Origin: Kiritimatiellia bacterium
GTDB taxonomy: Bacteria; Verrucomicrobiota; Kiritimatiellia; RFP12; UBA1067
Reading direction: 5' to 3'
Length of the DNA: 64,000 nt
Assembly: GCA_050949565.1 (NCBI GenBank)
Contig: JBMNFY010000017.1
Coordinates: 1,056,001-1,120,000, forward strand
Shown here: positions 49,738 to 59,568 of the stretch, in pieces
Numbering within the stretch: the first letter of the stretch is position 1
How the letters are laid out: each line of letters starts with the position of its first letter
Position numbers and translations under genes: made by a program
Notes under the pieces: model-generated
What the model was told of the DNA's origin: nothing
Database searches by the model: none
Seen by the model: only the letters and a program-made list of their open reading frames with translations

Positions 49738-50573
49738 CGCGGTGTTTCACGCACCCTTCTCCGCCGAACGGCGAGCCACGCCGCTACAGCGCACACCGCG
49801 AGCGCAACAATCCCCGCGACGACAGCGATGGCGACCTTCACGGGGCTTCTAGCGGGCGCGTCATCCGGCAACGGCGGCAGATCGGGGAAACGCTTGCGCA
49901 GATCAATGCGCTGTTTCGGGGGAATTTTGTCGAAGTGCGCCTTGATGGGATGAAACGTATTCGTCACCCAAGCGTTGCCCTCCGTGGCGAACCGTGTGAG
50001 GCAAGCGCGTTGAACACTGTTCGTGTACTGGGGCACCGCTTGTAGCATATAAAGGTTGATACGGTTTGCGGCGTCTCGCACATCGGTTTTTTGCATGATG
50101 GTCAGCAAAACGGTATGCACGCGCGACAGGGCATCGCTGGAGAGCCTGTTTTTCACCTCCGGCGTCAGCTTGTCGAGGTACTGTTGAATCAACAACCACT
50201 TCCCCTTTTTGACAGTGGGATCATCACAATATTTGGCCAAGAACAACACGCTCTCCTCCACATCCGCGATATTGACATACGCTTTCGCGGCGGCAGAACG
50301 GATAAGCTCGTGTGTTTCGGGATCGAAGCTTTCTTCCTCCAAAAACGGGAGCACTTCGCGCCCGCCCTTTTTCCCGACAGCGACCATCAGCGCGGCAGCG
50401 GCACCCACGTTATAGTTCGATCCGGCCTGAAAATTCGCTTTGAACCCACTGTATTCCTCAAACATTTTCGACAGCGGGTAACGCGAATAATCCATGTAAC
50501 GGCTGGCCACAGCCGACGCGGAGTAAAGAATGACCGCGCATATCAGGCAATATACAACTCGACGTGTATTCAC
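49734..50573 (-). CDS. Locus B cognate partner 1
   Basis: Immediately downstream of the main gene with RBS AAGGAGA; signal peptide and C-terminal TM anchor. Confidence 0.82.
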   Translation of the reverse strand: MNTRRVVYCLICAVILYSASAVASRYMDYSRYPLSKMFEEYSGFKANFQAGSNYNVGAAAALMVAVGKKGGREVLPFLEEESFDPETHELIRSAAAKAYVNIADVEESVLFLAKYCDDPTVKKGKWLLIQQYLDKLTPEVKNRLSSDALSRVHTVLLTIMQKTDVRDAANRINLYMLQAVPQYTNSVQRACLTRFATEGNAWVTNTFHPIKAHFDKIPPKQRIDLRKRFPDLPPLPDDAPARSPVKVAIAVVAGIVALAVCAVAAWLAVRRRRVRETPR

Positions 50574-50585
50574 CTCTATCTCTCC

Positions 50586-53500
50586 TTAGTAACTTCCCGG
50601 GGTTCTTATGATCGATGACTGGCCCACCTTGGCGGGACCTAAAATGAGCGATGTTCCGCCGCCGCCCGGACCGTGATGCCACCCACGGACATCCCCCGAC
50701 GGCAGGTCGGTACCAACGTCTTCCTGCGAGGTGAGAAAAGAGCGCATGATGAGCCTTTTGATCAGGCCGTGCTGGAGTACCCACGGATTGTAATAACCGC
50801 CGCCCCAGTCAGCGGGAATGCTCTGCTCCGCAACCAGCTCTAAAAGAGGATTCCCTTGGTCATCCGCAATATAGATGTCCTCCAGCCCACAGTCGTGAAA
50901 CACTTCATGCGCGATAGTTCTGCTGCCCGCACCGCTTGCAATCGCGATCCCCTTCGGGCGGCGAACCCCAGCGGCGTCCCCGCCTTCCAGTGTTTCCACG
51001 AAGTACAGTTCCACCGCATTGCCCATGCTGTTCGTGCTATCCATCATCGCGTCGATCACCGCGTTGGTCTCCGCAAGGACGTTTGTGTGGTTCCGCCATG
51101 CGTCATTGTCCAGATAGCGCACCGCTCCGCTCTGCACCAGTGTCAAGCCGCGTTGCCACAGGATTTTGTTGGCATCCGCCAGAAGGCCGGGGATCTCGGC
51201 GGCGTCGCGGGCTGGTTCGGTTTGATCAGTCTTTCTCACGATCCAGACGGTGACGGGCACGTTGACGGCGGGGAGGACGGTGCCGGTGAAATAGGGCCGG
51301 ACGTGGGGCGGCGTGATGACGAGGCCCTTGATGTCGACCTCCAGCCGGAAGGCACCGGTTGATGTCGCGGTCACGGCGATCTCGGGGCCGGTGCTGCCGC
51401 CGGCGAAGGCGACGCGCCCCGCGCCCTCCTTGATCGTCCAGGTGATGTCGGCGTCGGGCACGGTGCCGCCGGGCACCTCGACCTTGAAGCGGGCGGTGCC
51501 GCCCAGCGGCATGCCGCTGGTGTTGTACACGTGCCCGTCGGCGTCGGTCACGGTGATGACCACTTCGGCGATGGTTTGCATCGCCTCGAACGCGAGGTTG
51601 GTCGAGACGCTGCCGGGGAGGGCGCCGGGCAGTCCGTAGGCGACCGTGAAGAGGCGCTGCCCCGTCAGGGCGGCGGCGTAGCGCACCTCGGCGGTGCGGT
51701 TGGTCCCGGCGGTGTATTTGGCCAGCCACTCGGATGCCGCGTAGGAGTCCTGCAGCGGCTCGTACTGCCCGGTCTGGCGGTTTCTGACTCTGGCCGAGGC
51801 GGCCCCCGTGTGCCCGCTGAACGTGAGCGTGCCGCCGCCGTCGGCGGGGACGCGGGTCGTGACGGACAGGATGTTGGTGTGGCCGGCCTGCACGCGGGGC
51901 GGGGCGTCCGCCGGGGCGTTGGAGAGGCACACGCCCAGCCCGGCGACCGTGTAGCGGCCGCGGCTGAAGAAGCGCCCCGCCTGCCAGGTGAAGACGTCCG
52001 CCCCGGCCGAGGCGCTGGGGGCCGTGCCGGTGACGGTGAAGGTGCCCGAGGTCGCGGCGAAGCCTTCGAGCGGCGCGGCGGAGAGGTTCGGGGTGCAGCG
52101 GAAGATCACGGCGGGCACGGGAGAGCTGCCGCCGGCGACGGTCTGCGTGCAGCCGCAGAGCATGCAGGCGCCGTCCAGCGGCGAGAGGCCCGCCCCCGGC
52201 GCGGGCGCGGCCGCGACCGTGTCGGGCGCGCCGCCCGCCAGCAGGAGCCGGCGGGGGCGGCTGACCGTGCTGGAGGAGCCGGCGTCCGGATCTTCTGGAT
52301 CGTACGGGGCGTCCGTGTAGTAGGGGTCGAGGCACGTCGGGCACGTGCAGACGCCCGGCGATGCGCAGCGGCACAGGCAGTTGTTCGGCTCCGGGCAGCA
52401 CGGGCACTTGCCGGGAGGGGGATCGTTGAAGGGATCGCCCTCTTCCCCGCCCGCGAACACGCAGAGGTGGGCGGGCACCGTGTCGGTGTTCCCGCCGAAC
52501 GCTTTCGCGGTGTTGTTTGTCAGGACGACCCCCAGCTTGACGGGGACCTGCACCGTGTGCATGCCGGGCGTCTCCGCCAGATGGGGGAACTTGCCCTTGA
52601 GGTATGCCTCGCTCACGCTGAACGCCGGGGAGAGGTCGGGGGCGGTGCCGAAGCCGAAGGCCGCGACGCTCTTCGGCCGGGCGCCGACGATCCCCACGTT
52701 CACCGTGTCCCGCCCGGTGTGCGGGCAGAGCGGCACGGGAGAGAACGCGTAATTGAAGCTGTGCGTGGTGCCGTGCTTGGCGTTGCCCGGCGGGGGGGAG
52801 GCGGGCGCGGGCGCCGGGGGCGCGGCAGCGGGCGCGGGGGCGCCCGCCGGGGCGGGCACCCGGAAGACGTTGTCCGCGTCTTCGACGACGGTGAGGGAGG
52901 AGGCCGCGGCCACCGTGACCGCGGCGTCGGCGGCGGAGGTCCCGGGGCCGGGGACCAGCGCGAACGGGACGTCCACGCCCCGGGGGATGGCGACGCGCGA
53001 GAGCTGCGCCGTGCCCGGCGCGACGGGCACGATGACCTCGCCGATGCGCAGCGCCGCCACGCCCGCGGAGGCCTCCAGCCGGGTCTCCAGCGTCAGCAGG
53101 GCCAGCCCCGCGCCGCCCTCCATCCACGGGGGCGGCGCGGAGGCGAGCCGGGCCGCGCCGACGACCCGCCAGAAGTCGTTGGTGCCGTCCCCCAGGCTGT
53201 CGGGGGTGAGGGGATCGGTGCCGTATTTGAGGACCTCGTCGCCGTCGCTGAGGCCGTCGCGGTCCGTGTCCCACTGGCGCGGGTCGGTGCGGTATACCAT
53301 CAGCTCCTCCCAGTCGGTGAGGCCGTCGCCGTCGGTGTCGGGGACGGCGGGGTCGAGGCGTCCGAAGGCGGTCCAGCGCAGGGCGAGCGCCGCGCCGCCG
53401 GGCGGGAGGGCGGCGGAGAGCGGCGCGCCGTCCGCGAAGGCGAAGGCCTCGCCGCCGCCCGCGTCCGCCGCGCCGATGAGCCAGTTGGTGACGGCGGAGA

Positions 53501-54509
53501 GGTCCGCGCCGGGCCGGGGGCGGATGAAGTACTCGAAATCGCCGTCCGGGTGGAGGCGGCACTGGAGGTCGGCCTTGGCCTCCTCGATCCGCCCGAGCAT
53601 CAGGCTGTTCCAGGTGACGGTGTGAAGGCCGCCGGTCCCGGCCGCGGACCAGAGCCGCCCCTCCGGCGGCAGGAGGCCCGAGGGGGTCTGCAGCACCGAG
53701 AGGACGCGGTTGGAGGCGGGATCGGGGAAGGCGGGCGCGGCGGGCGCGAGCCGGCCGGGCAGGCCGTCCAGCAGGAGCATGCCCGACGGCGCGGCGCACA
53801 CGGCGGTGACGAAGCGGGAGTAATCCTCGAGGCCGCCCGCGTTGAAGCCGGACGGCAGGGGCACCCACCAGGCGTCGTCGTGGACGCCGTGCCCCGAGAC
53901 GTAATCGGTGACGGCCGCGCCGGCGGGCGGCGCGAAGTCGTGGGCGGCGTTGGTCGCGGCGTGCGTGAGCGCGAAGCATGCGTCGTACTGCGCCTGCGTC
54001 AGGCGGTTCGTGTAACGCGGCGGCGGGACGAAGCCGTCCGCCGGGGGCGGCATGAGGCAGGCGGGCGGCACGCCCCGGGTGGCTGACGCGGGCAGCTGGC
54101 CCCGGGCGGACGGCGCGGACGCCTGGCCCTGGGCGGATGACGGGGACGCCTGGCCTTGCGTGGATGATGCGGACGGCTGGCCCTGGGCGGGTGACGCGGG
54201 CGGCTGGCCTTGCGTGGATGACGAGGACGACTGGCCCTGGGCGGGCGGCGAAGGCGGCCCGGGCTTCGAGCCTCCGTAGCGGACCGCCTCCGCGAACATG
54301 AAGAGCACGGCCAGGACGACGAGCACGGAGGTGCGCCTGACCCAGTCGCGGAAGCGCCGGGTCTCCGCGAGGAGATACCGGAGCGCGCCGCACGCGGCGG
54401 GCAGGAGCGCGGCCGCGGCCAGGAACAGGCAGCACGCGCAGACGAGAAGATGCCGCGCGCGGAGCAGCGCCTCTTCGTTCAGGAGTGAAAAGATTTTGGC
54501 GGTGACCAC
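50586..54509 (-). CDS. Locus B large membrane-anchored/exported protein (1307 aa) with DxDGDG loops, Cys-rich region and C-terminal metzincin-type peptidase tip
   Basis: Two N-terminal hydrophobic helices then YGGSKP; 9-aa QGQ repeats; [12 protein letters not shown] and [12 protein letters not shown]; CPCCP..CLCRC..CTCPTC; [16 protein letters not shown] plus downstream LIM. Confidence 0.85.
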   Translation of the reverse strand: MVTAKIFSLLNEEALLRARHLLVCACCLFLAAAALLPAACGALRYLLAETRRFRDWVRRTSVLVVLAVLFMFAEAVRYGGSKPGPPSPPAQGQSSSSSTQGQPPASPAQGQPSASSTQGQASPSSAQGQASAPSARGQLPASATRGVPPACLMPPPADGFVPPPRYTNRLTQAQYDACFALTHAATNAAHDFAPPAGAAVTDYVSGHGVHDDAWWVPLPSGFNAGGLEDYSRFVTAVCAAPSGMLLLDGLPGRLAPAAPAFPDPASNRVLSVLQTPSGLLPPEGRLWSAAGTGGLHTVTWNSLMLGRIEEAKADLQCRLHPDGDFEYFIRPRPGADLSAVTNWLIGAADAGGGEAFAFADGAPLSAALPPGGAALALRWTAFGRLDPAVPDTDGDGLTDWEELMVYRTDPRQWDTDRDGLSDGDEVLKYGTDPLTPDSLGDGTNDFWRVVGAARLASAPPPWMEGGAGLALLTLETRLEASAGVAALRIGEVIVPVAPGTAQLSRVAIPRGVDVPFALVPGPGTSAADAAVTVAAASSLTVVEDADNVFRVPAPAGAPAPAAAPPAPAPASPPPGNAKHGTTHSFNYAFSPVPLCPHTGRDTVNVGIVGARPKSVAAFGFGTAPDLSPAFSVSEAYLKGKFPHLAETPGMHTVQVPVKLGVVLTNNTAKAFGGNTDTVPAHLCVFAGGEEGDPFNDPPPGKCPCCPEPNNCLCRCASPGVCTCPTCLDPYYTDAPYDPEDPDAGSSSTVSRPRRLLLAGGAPDTVAAAPAPGAGLSPLDGACMLCGCTQTVAGGSSPVPAVIFRCTPNLSAAPLEGFAATSGTFTVTGTAPSASAGADVFTWQAGRFFSRGRYTVAGLGVCLSNAPADAPPRVQAGHTNILSVTTRVPADGGGTLTFSGHTGAASARVRNRQTGQYEPLQDSYAASEWLAKYTAGTNRTAEVRYAAALTGQRLFTVAYGLPGALPGSVSTNLAFEAMQTIAEVVITVTDADGHVYNTSGMPLGGTARFKVEVPGGTVPDADITWTIKEGAGRVAFAGGSTGPEIAVTATSTGAFRLEVDIKGLVITPPHVRPYFTGTVLPAVNVPVTVWIVRKTDQTEPARDAAEIPGLLADANKILWQRGLTLVQSGAVRYLDNDAWRNHTNVLAETNAVIDAMMDSTNSMGNAVELYFVETLEGGDAAGVRRPKGIAIASGAGSRTIAHEVFHDCGLEDIYIADDQGNPLLELVAEQSIPADWGGGYYNPWVLQHGLIKRLIMRSFLTSQEDVGTDLPSGDVRGWHHGPGGGGTSLILGPAKVGQSSIIRTPGSY
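54080..54245 (-). repeat. 27-bp (9-aa) degenerate tandem repeat in the trunk linker
   Basis: [54 protein letters not shown]; copy C (~32855-32995) has one unit fewer. Confidence 0.75.
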
Positions 54510-54518
54510 GGCATCCCC

Positions 54519-55112
54519 CTACTTGATCGTCAGGACGATGCCGTCGGCGCCCGCGGCGACCTCGGCCGCGCCCTCCACGCCGTGCCCGCGCGCGGTCACG
54601 CGCACCGTCCCGTTCTCCAGCGCGGAGAGCGGCACCCAGCCGGCCGCCCGCGCGCCGCACGCGGCGGGCGTCCCGTCGACCGACAGGACGAGGCGCGGGC
54701 CGGATGTCGCGGAGCGCAGCCACAGCACGGCCTCCAGCAGGCGCGGCCCCGCCGCGCCCGCCTCCTCCAGCCGCTCCCATGCGGACGCGCCCGGACGCCG
54801 GACGAACCAGACGCCGTTGTCCCAGCCCAGCGCGGCCGCCTGCTCGCGCAGCGAGAGCCGGCCGTCGCCGTCCGCGTCCGCGCCGAAGGCGATCGCGAGG
54901 CCGTTGGACGGCGAGGCGTTGAAAGACATCGAGACCTTGATGAAGTCCTTGCCGGCCAGCGGCGGCACGGCGAGGTGGACGCATCTCTCGGTGTCGGCGG
55001 AGACGGGCGGCGGGACCGCCGTGCTGACGATGTCCGCGCCGGACACCAGGAGGGCGGCAGCGGCGGCCGCCAGAAAAACGGCGGCGCATCGGAATGCGGC
55101 AAAACCTTTCAT
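54519..55112 (-). CDS. Locus B leader gene: secreted protein with a DADGDG loop
   Basis: ATG 55112, signal peptide, FGADADGDGRLS, ends GIVLTIK*. Confidence 0.7.
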   Translation of the reverse strand: MKGFAAFRCAAVFLAAAAAALLVSGADIVSTAVPPPVSADTERCVHLAVPPLAGKDFIKVSMSFNASPSNGLAIAFGADADGDGRLSLREQAAALGWDNGVWFVRRPGASAWERLEEAGAAGPRLLEAVLWLRSATSGPRLVLSVDGTPAACGARAAGWVPLSALENGTVRVTARGHGVEGAAEVAAGADGIVLTIK

Positions 55113-55399
55113 TGACGGAACTCCTTCCCCTCTTTGCACGGAAAGGGCGCGAACCCCGCTCCGTGCCTCAACCGAGGTACCGGCAAGCACCCACCAAGAA
55201 GCCCGGGGACGGGGCCGCGCCACGAGGGCGCGTCCCCGTGCATCCCGCTTCTTGGTAAAAACTGCCGGTCTTTCGGTTGAAGCGTCATGCGCGAAAGCGC
55301 AAAAATCAGCGTGTCGAGGGGTCTTTTCTATCTCATGCGTTCATTGCTTCATGCGTTCATTGCTCAGGCTGAACGTCCACCGCGAACGATCTGCCTCGG

Positions 55400-55428
55400 A
55401 TCATACCCTTTTCAGACAGTGACCGCAA
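55400..55428 (-). promoter_or_regulatory. Predicted sigma70-type promoter of locus B
   Basis: TTGCGG-N17-TATGAT, conserved with locus C. Confidence 0.5.
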
Positions 55429-55544
55429 CCGGTTTTTATGAGCGGTTGCGGCGCACAGAAACATTTGTATCGAAGGCAACACGTTCACGGCGTTTGACAT
55501 CCCGTTGAAACCGGAAGCCTGAGACCAAAAACGACGTTTCGGCC

Positions 55545-57413
55545 TTAATAGTGGCGGCTCGTGCGCCGGCGCTTTTGCGGCCAGGCGATGCGGAACCCTT
55601 CAAGGCGGCGCATCATCACTTCGCGTCCTTTGGGCGTGATGAAAACCATCCGGTAGGCGTCGGGCGTGACCGCCACGCATCCTGCGCCATGCAGGGCGTC
55701 GAGCATTGCGCGGATTTGCGCCACGCTCTTGTCGGGCATCAAACCGTAGGTTGAAAGCTGGTCTAGTGCGTGCCGCGTCAACGCCTCGTTGTTTTCACCG
55801 CGCAGGACTTGAGCGATGCGTTGTGCGCCAAAGCGTCCCTTCATGCGGGTCACGCAACTCAGAACCTTCTGGACCTCGATCCATTGTTCTTCGGTCAACT
55901 CGGTCGGCGGGTGCGGCGCACGGTACTGACAGCGGTCGCAGGCGGAGCAGGATGCAGACGATGACTGATCTCCGAAATAGTTGAGCATGAAGGCGTGGCG
56001 GCAGCCCGGATGATCAACGAAGCGCAACAGCGTTTCCAGCTTGCGTTCGTCGCGTTGGCGTTTCTCATCAAGTCCCGCCGCCAGGCGCTTGAGTTCTTTG
56101 AGGTCGGGGTCGGGGTTGGGCAGCAGGCGCGTTGTATAGGCACGGTTGCCCGGCAGGATTTCGCGATCAATCAGGCGCGCGCGCTCGATCAAGCCTAGAA
56201 TCGTCCGCACCTGCATCTCGTTGCTGATGCCGGCCAGCACGGACCATTGCTCGATCGACGCCGTGACCGGCTCGGCCTCGCATGCGTTACGTACTGTCTG
56301 CCAGACCGCGAGAATGGCATCGGAAGAAGGGTTCGCGCCGTCGATGAAAAAATGCTGCGTATGCACGTCGGCAAAATTGAAAAGAAGTTCACACCACGCG
56401 CTCGCGCCGTCGCGTCCCGCGCGACCGACCTCTTGGTAGTACGCTTCCAGACTACCGGGGATATCCCAATGCACGACGAAGCGGAGATCGCTGCGGTCAA
56501 CGCCCATGCCGAAGGCGTTGGTGGCGACCACCAATGGTGTGGCCTCAGCCATGAAACGATCTTGCGCGGCGGTGCGTTCGCCGTCCGTCATTGCGCCGTG
56601 GTAGGTGATCGGCGCGAGGCCTTCGCTTGCAAGGCGTGCGGCCACGCGATCGACCATCTTGCGCGTCGAACAGTAGACGATTCCGCAGCGATAGGTTTTG
56701 ATCGCTTGCATGAGCCGGGAGAATTTCTGATGGTGTCTTGCGCAGCGCGTCACGGCCAGATAGAGGTTTGGACGCGCGAATCCGGTGACCGAGACCGTGG
56801 GCGGTTCGCGTGGCGGTTCGCCCAGCCCCAGTTGCCGTACGATATCTTCGCGCACGTCCGGCGTTGCGGTGGCGGTCACCGCCAGCACCCGTGTGCTGCC
56901 AAGCTTGTCCAGCACCCGTTTCAAATTGAGATAGTCGGGCCGGAAGTCATGGCCCCACTGGCTGATGCAGTGCGCTTCGTCGACCGTGAAAAGCGACACG
57001 CGAGCCTGCGCCAGCGCATCGGCGAACCGCCGGTTGCGGAAGCGCTCGGGGGCGACGTACACGAGCTTGTAGCGGCCGGTACGCACGCCGTCGAGCCGGT
57101 ACGCCATCTCGGCACTATCCACCGATGAGTTGAGGAAAGTCGCGGCGATACCCTGCCGCTCCAGCGCGTCCACCTGATCTTTCATCAGCGCGATCAAGGG
57201 CGACACCACCACCGTCACGTCGGGCAGCAACAGCGCGGTCAATTGATAGCAGAGCGATTTGCCCGAGCCGGTCGGCATCACCAATACGACGTCGCGGCCC
57301 GCCAGCAGATTGAGGATCGCTTCGGCCTGTCCGTCGCGGAAGGCCTCGTATCCGAAATGCTGCCGCAATGCCTCGTGCAGGCGTTCAGGTGTCCATGGTG
57401 CGTCTGTCATCAC
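55545..57413 (-). CDS. recQ: RecQ-family ATP-dependent DNA helicase
   Basis: MPTGSGKSLCYQ, VDEAHCISQWGHDFRP, TATAT, ATNAFGMGVD, QEVGRAGRDG, Zn site C..CD.C, RQC winged helix; no HRDC seen. Confidence 0.92.
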   Translation of the reverse strand: MMTDAPWTPERLHEALRQHFGYEAFRDGQAEAILNLLAGRDVVLVMPTGSGKSLCYQLTALLLPDVTVVVSPLIALMKDQVDALERQGIAATFLNSSVDSAEMAYRLDGVRTGRYKLVYVAPERFRNRRFADALAQARVSLFTVDEAHCISQWGHDFRPDYLNLKRVLDKLGSTRVLAVTATATPDVREDIVRQLGLGEPPREPPTVSVTGFARPNLYLAVTRCARHHQKFSRLMQAIKTYRCGIVYCSTRKMVDRVAARLASEGLAPITYHGAMTDGERTAAQDRFMAEATPLVVATNAFGMGVDRSDLRFVVHWDIPGSLEAYYQEVGRAGRDGASAWCELLFNFADVHTQHFFIDGANPSSDAILAVWQTVRNACEAEPVTASIEQWSVLAGISNEMQVRTILGLIERARLIDREILPGNRAYTTRLLPNPDPDLKELKRLAAGLDEKRQRDERKLETLLRFVDHPGCRHAFMLNYFGDQSSSASCSACDRCQYRAPHPPTELTEEQWIEVQKVLSCVTRMKGRFGAQRIAQVLRGENNEALTRHALDQLSTYGLMPDKSVAQIRAMLDALHGAGCVAVTPDAYRMVFITPKGREVMMRRLEGFRIAWPQKRRRTSRHY

Positions 57414-57516
57414 ACGCCCTCGCGTAAGTTGCGCGTTGAAAGTTTTTTAGGCGCAGAGGTAAGACGCAGAGGCGCAGAGGTTTTTACGGGACAGCGTCGA
57501 GACCACCGCTGGGGAG

Positions 57517-57540
57517 GGACGAGCGTCTGCTCGTCCGCGG
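57517..57540. repeat. REP-like hairpin GGACGAGCGTCTGCTCGTCC (second copy at 59712-59735)
   Basis: Identical stem-loop on both sides of lnt. Confidence 0.6.
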
Positions 57541-57609
57541 ACAAGTGACACTTGTCCCTCCCGGTGCTCCGCGCTGAAACCTGAAAAACCATCCTTCCGC
57601 ACAGCGGAA

Positions 57610-57715
57610 GGCGGCTCGTGAGGACACTCGCCCTCCATTGCTCGTCCCGGCGGCTCGTGAGGACACTCGCCCTCCATTGCTCGTCCCGGCGGCTCGTGGG
57701 GACACTCGCCCTCCA
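57610..57715. repeat. 39-bp tandem repeat, about 2.7 copies
   Basis: GGCGGCTCGTGAGGACACTCGCCCTCCATTGCTCGTCCC at 57610, 57649 and 57688 (partial, one mismatch). Confidence 0.85.
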
Positions 57716-57855
57716 AATCACGTCAATCATGTCAAAAACCGAAAAAATATATGCCACACCCTTTTGCAAGACACGGTGTTGCGGGCGAGGACGCCCGCGT
57801 TCCCGACTCTCTGCTCCCCTTTTCACCAGAAACGCATGATCTTCGCGCATCCCTG

Positions 57856-59568
57856 TCACAACCGATTACCTCTATCGCACGCTGTCGGTTCCGCCTCCGC
57901 GACCTGCTGGTCGGCCTTGCGCCGCCGTATGCCGCTCGCCAGCAGCGCCAGCAGCAAGATCGCGCCGGGCAGTCCCAACAGGCGGTCGCCCCAGCGCGTG
58001 TAGGGCGCGTTGAGCGGTGTGTCCGCCACCGTCACCGGCGTCACGAAAAATCCGTCAAAGTCCATCGACTTACCGTTTGATTCCAGCCGCCTGACCCGTC
58101 CTACCGCATCCACGGCACACGTCACGCCGGAGTTGGCGGCCCGCACCAGCGGCACGCCATTTTCGACTGCGCGGAAGACCGATTGGTTGAGATGCTGGAG
58201 CGGCTCGATCGATCCGTTGAACCAAGCGTCGTTGGTCATCAGCACCAACAGCCGCGCACCGGCCTGCACTGCCGCGCGGCTCAGGCCCGACACGGTGTCC
58301 TCGAAGCAGATCAAGGGACCGAGCGCCAACGTCTCGCCAGCCGCGCGCGTCATGTGCAACACGCCGCCCTTGCGCCCCGGCGTACAGCTTACGCCGGTCG
58401 GCGCTAGCCGCTGAAGCACCGGTATGTGTTTGTCCAGTGGAATGTATTCGCCGAACGGAACCAGATGGTGTTTGCGGTAACGTCCTAACGCCTCGCCTGT
58501 GGCGGAGTAGAGCCAGGCGGCATTGTAGTAGAGGAGCCCCTGATGCGCGGCGGGCGTAACCGCCGTGCGCTCAAGTTCCAGCACGCCGGTCAATAATGGC
58601 GCGCCCGCCGCTGCGGCGCCTTCGCGGATGACACGCAGGGTCTCGGGCTCGTAGGGCACGGAACCCAGTACCGCCGTCTCGGGCCAGACCACCAGATCGG
58701 GACGGGTGGCACCGGCCAAGCGGGTCTGATTCACCAGCAGTTCCTGTTGGGCGCGCACGGCATCATCGTTCAGTTCGAAGACACAGGGCGAATTGGGCTG
58801 CACCAGTGCGATGCGCCAGACCGTCGCCTGCGCCTCCAGACGTCGTGCATGCTGAATCCGCATCGTGCCCCAGTACCAGCAGAAGACCAACAGCGCGATT
58901 GGCAGCATACTTTCCGCAGAAAGCAGCAGGCGGCCGCACCATCCAGGACGGGGCATAGGTTCGCCGGAACGGGGAGCTGTCAGACGCGCCAAGAAGGGGG
59001 TCGCTGCCCGTTCGACGATACTCGTGACCGCGCCGTTGACGGCGACCACAATCGCCGAGACGCCATACACGCCGAAGACGGAAGCCGCTTGGATGAGCGC
59101 CAGATTGTTCACTTGGCTCACGCCCAGAAAGTTCCAAGCAAACCCCGTAAACAACCAGCCGCGCACCCATTCGGCACCGGCCCAGAGCAACGGATCGATC
59201 ACCAGAACGGCGCACACGCGACGCCATCCCGGCGTTCCCCCGGCCCAGCGCCACACGCGGCCGGAAGCGTATGCGTAGGCGGCCATGAATGCCGCGCACC
59301 ACGCGGCCAGACCGAGCTGACCCAGCAGGACCAGCGGCCACGGTCCACCGTTTTTGATGATCGCCGGGAACCAGCTCAATGTTGCCACCCAGAAGATCAG
59401 GCCAGCCAGCCAGGTCCACCCTGCTGCCGCGCGAGGCGCGGTGTGACGGATCATCAGCATGATCGGCACCAGCGCTATCCAGGCGCTATCCGCCTGCGCG
59501 GCGGGCGGGAATGCCGCCCACAGCAAAATGCCGCTGAGCGCGGCCGCTGCGATGGTGAATACGATCAC
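57856..59568 (-). CDS. lnt: Apolipoprotein N-acyltransferase
   Basis: TM N-terminus, FTGFAW, VQPN, VWPET, YNA, KHHLVPFGEYIP, ICFE, TNDAWF, RAANSG. Confidence 0.95.
   Translation of the reverse strand: MIVFTIAAAALSGILLWAAFPPAAQADSAWIALVPIMLMIRHTAPRAAAGWTWLAGLIFWVATLSWFPAIIKNGGPWPLVLLGQLGLAAWCAAFMAAYAYASGRVWRWAGGTPGWRRVCAVLVIDPLLWAGAEWVRGWLFTGFAWNFLGVSQVNNLALIQAASVFGVYGVSAIVVAVNGAVTSIVERAATPFLARLTAPRSGEPMPRPGWCGRLLLSAESMLPIALLVFCWYWGTMRIQHARRLEAQATVWRIALVQPNSPCVFELNDDAVRAQQELLVNQTRLAGATRPDLVVWPETAVLGSVPYEPETLRVIREGAAAAGAPLLTGVLELERTAVTPAAHQGLLYYNAAWLYSATGEALGRYRKHHLVPFGEYIPLDKHIPVLQRLAPTGVSCTPGRKGGVLHMTRAAGETLALGPLICFEDTVSGLSRAAVQAGARLLVLMTNDAWFNGSIEPLQHLNQSVFRAVENGVPLVRAANSGVTCAVDAVGRVRRLESNGKSMDFDGFFVTPVTVADTPLNAPYTRWGDRLLGLPGAILLLALLASGIRRRKADQQVAEAEPTACDRGNRL

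Noticed and set aside
45281-50573. Integron or shufflon cassette array
   Set aside because: No integrase/invertase nearby, no attC-like palindromes seen between genes, and all cassettes are co-oriented and abutting.
51226-55089. Long alternative-frame ORFs (1287 aa here; also 29943-32600, 51531-54086, 6994-8247 and the Arg-rich first part of 29355-33389)
   Set aside because: Arg/Gly/Pro-rich shadow frames of very GC-rich genes with no motifs; the real frame is identified by signal peptides and paralogy.
57610-57715. 39-bp repeats as a mini CRISPR array
   Set aside because: Units are head-to-tail with no unique spacers, and there are no cas genes in the window.
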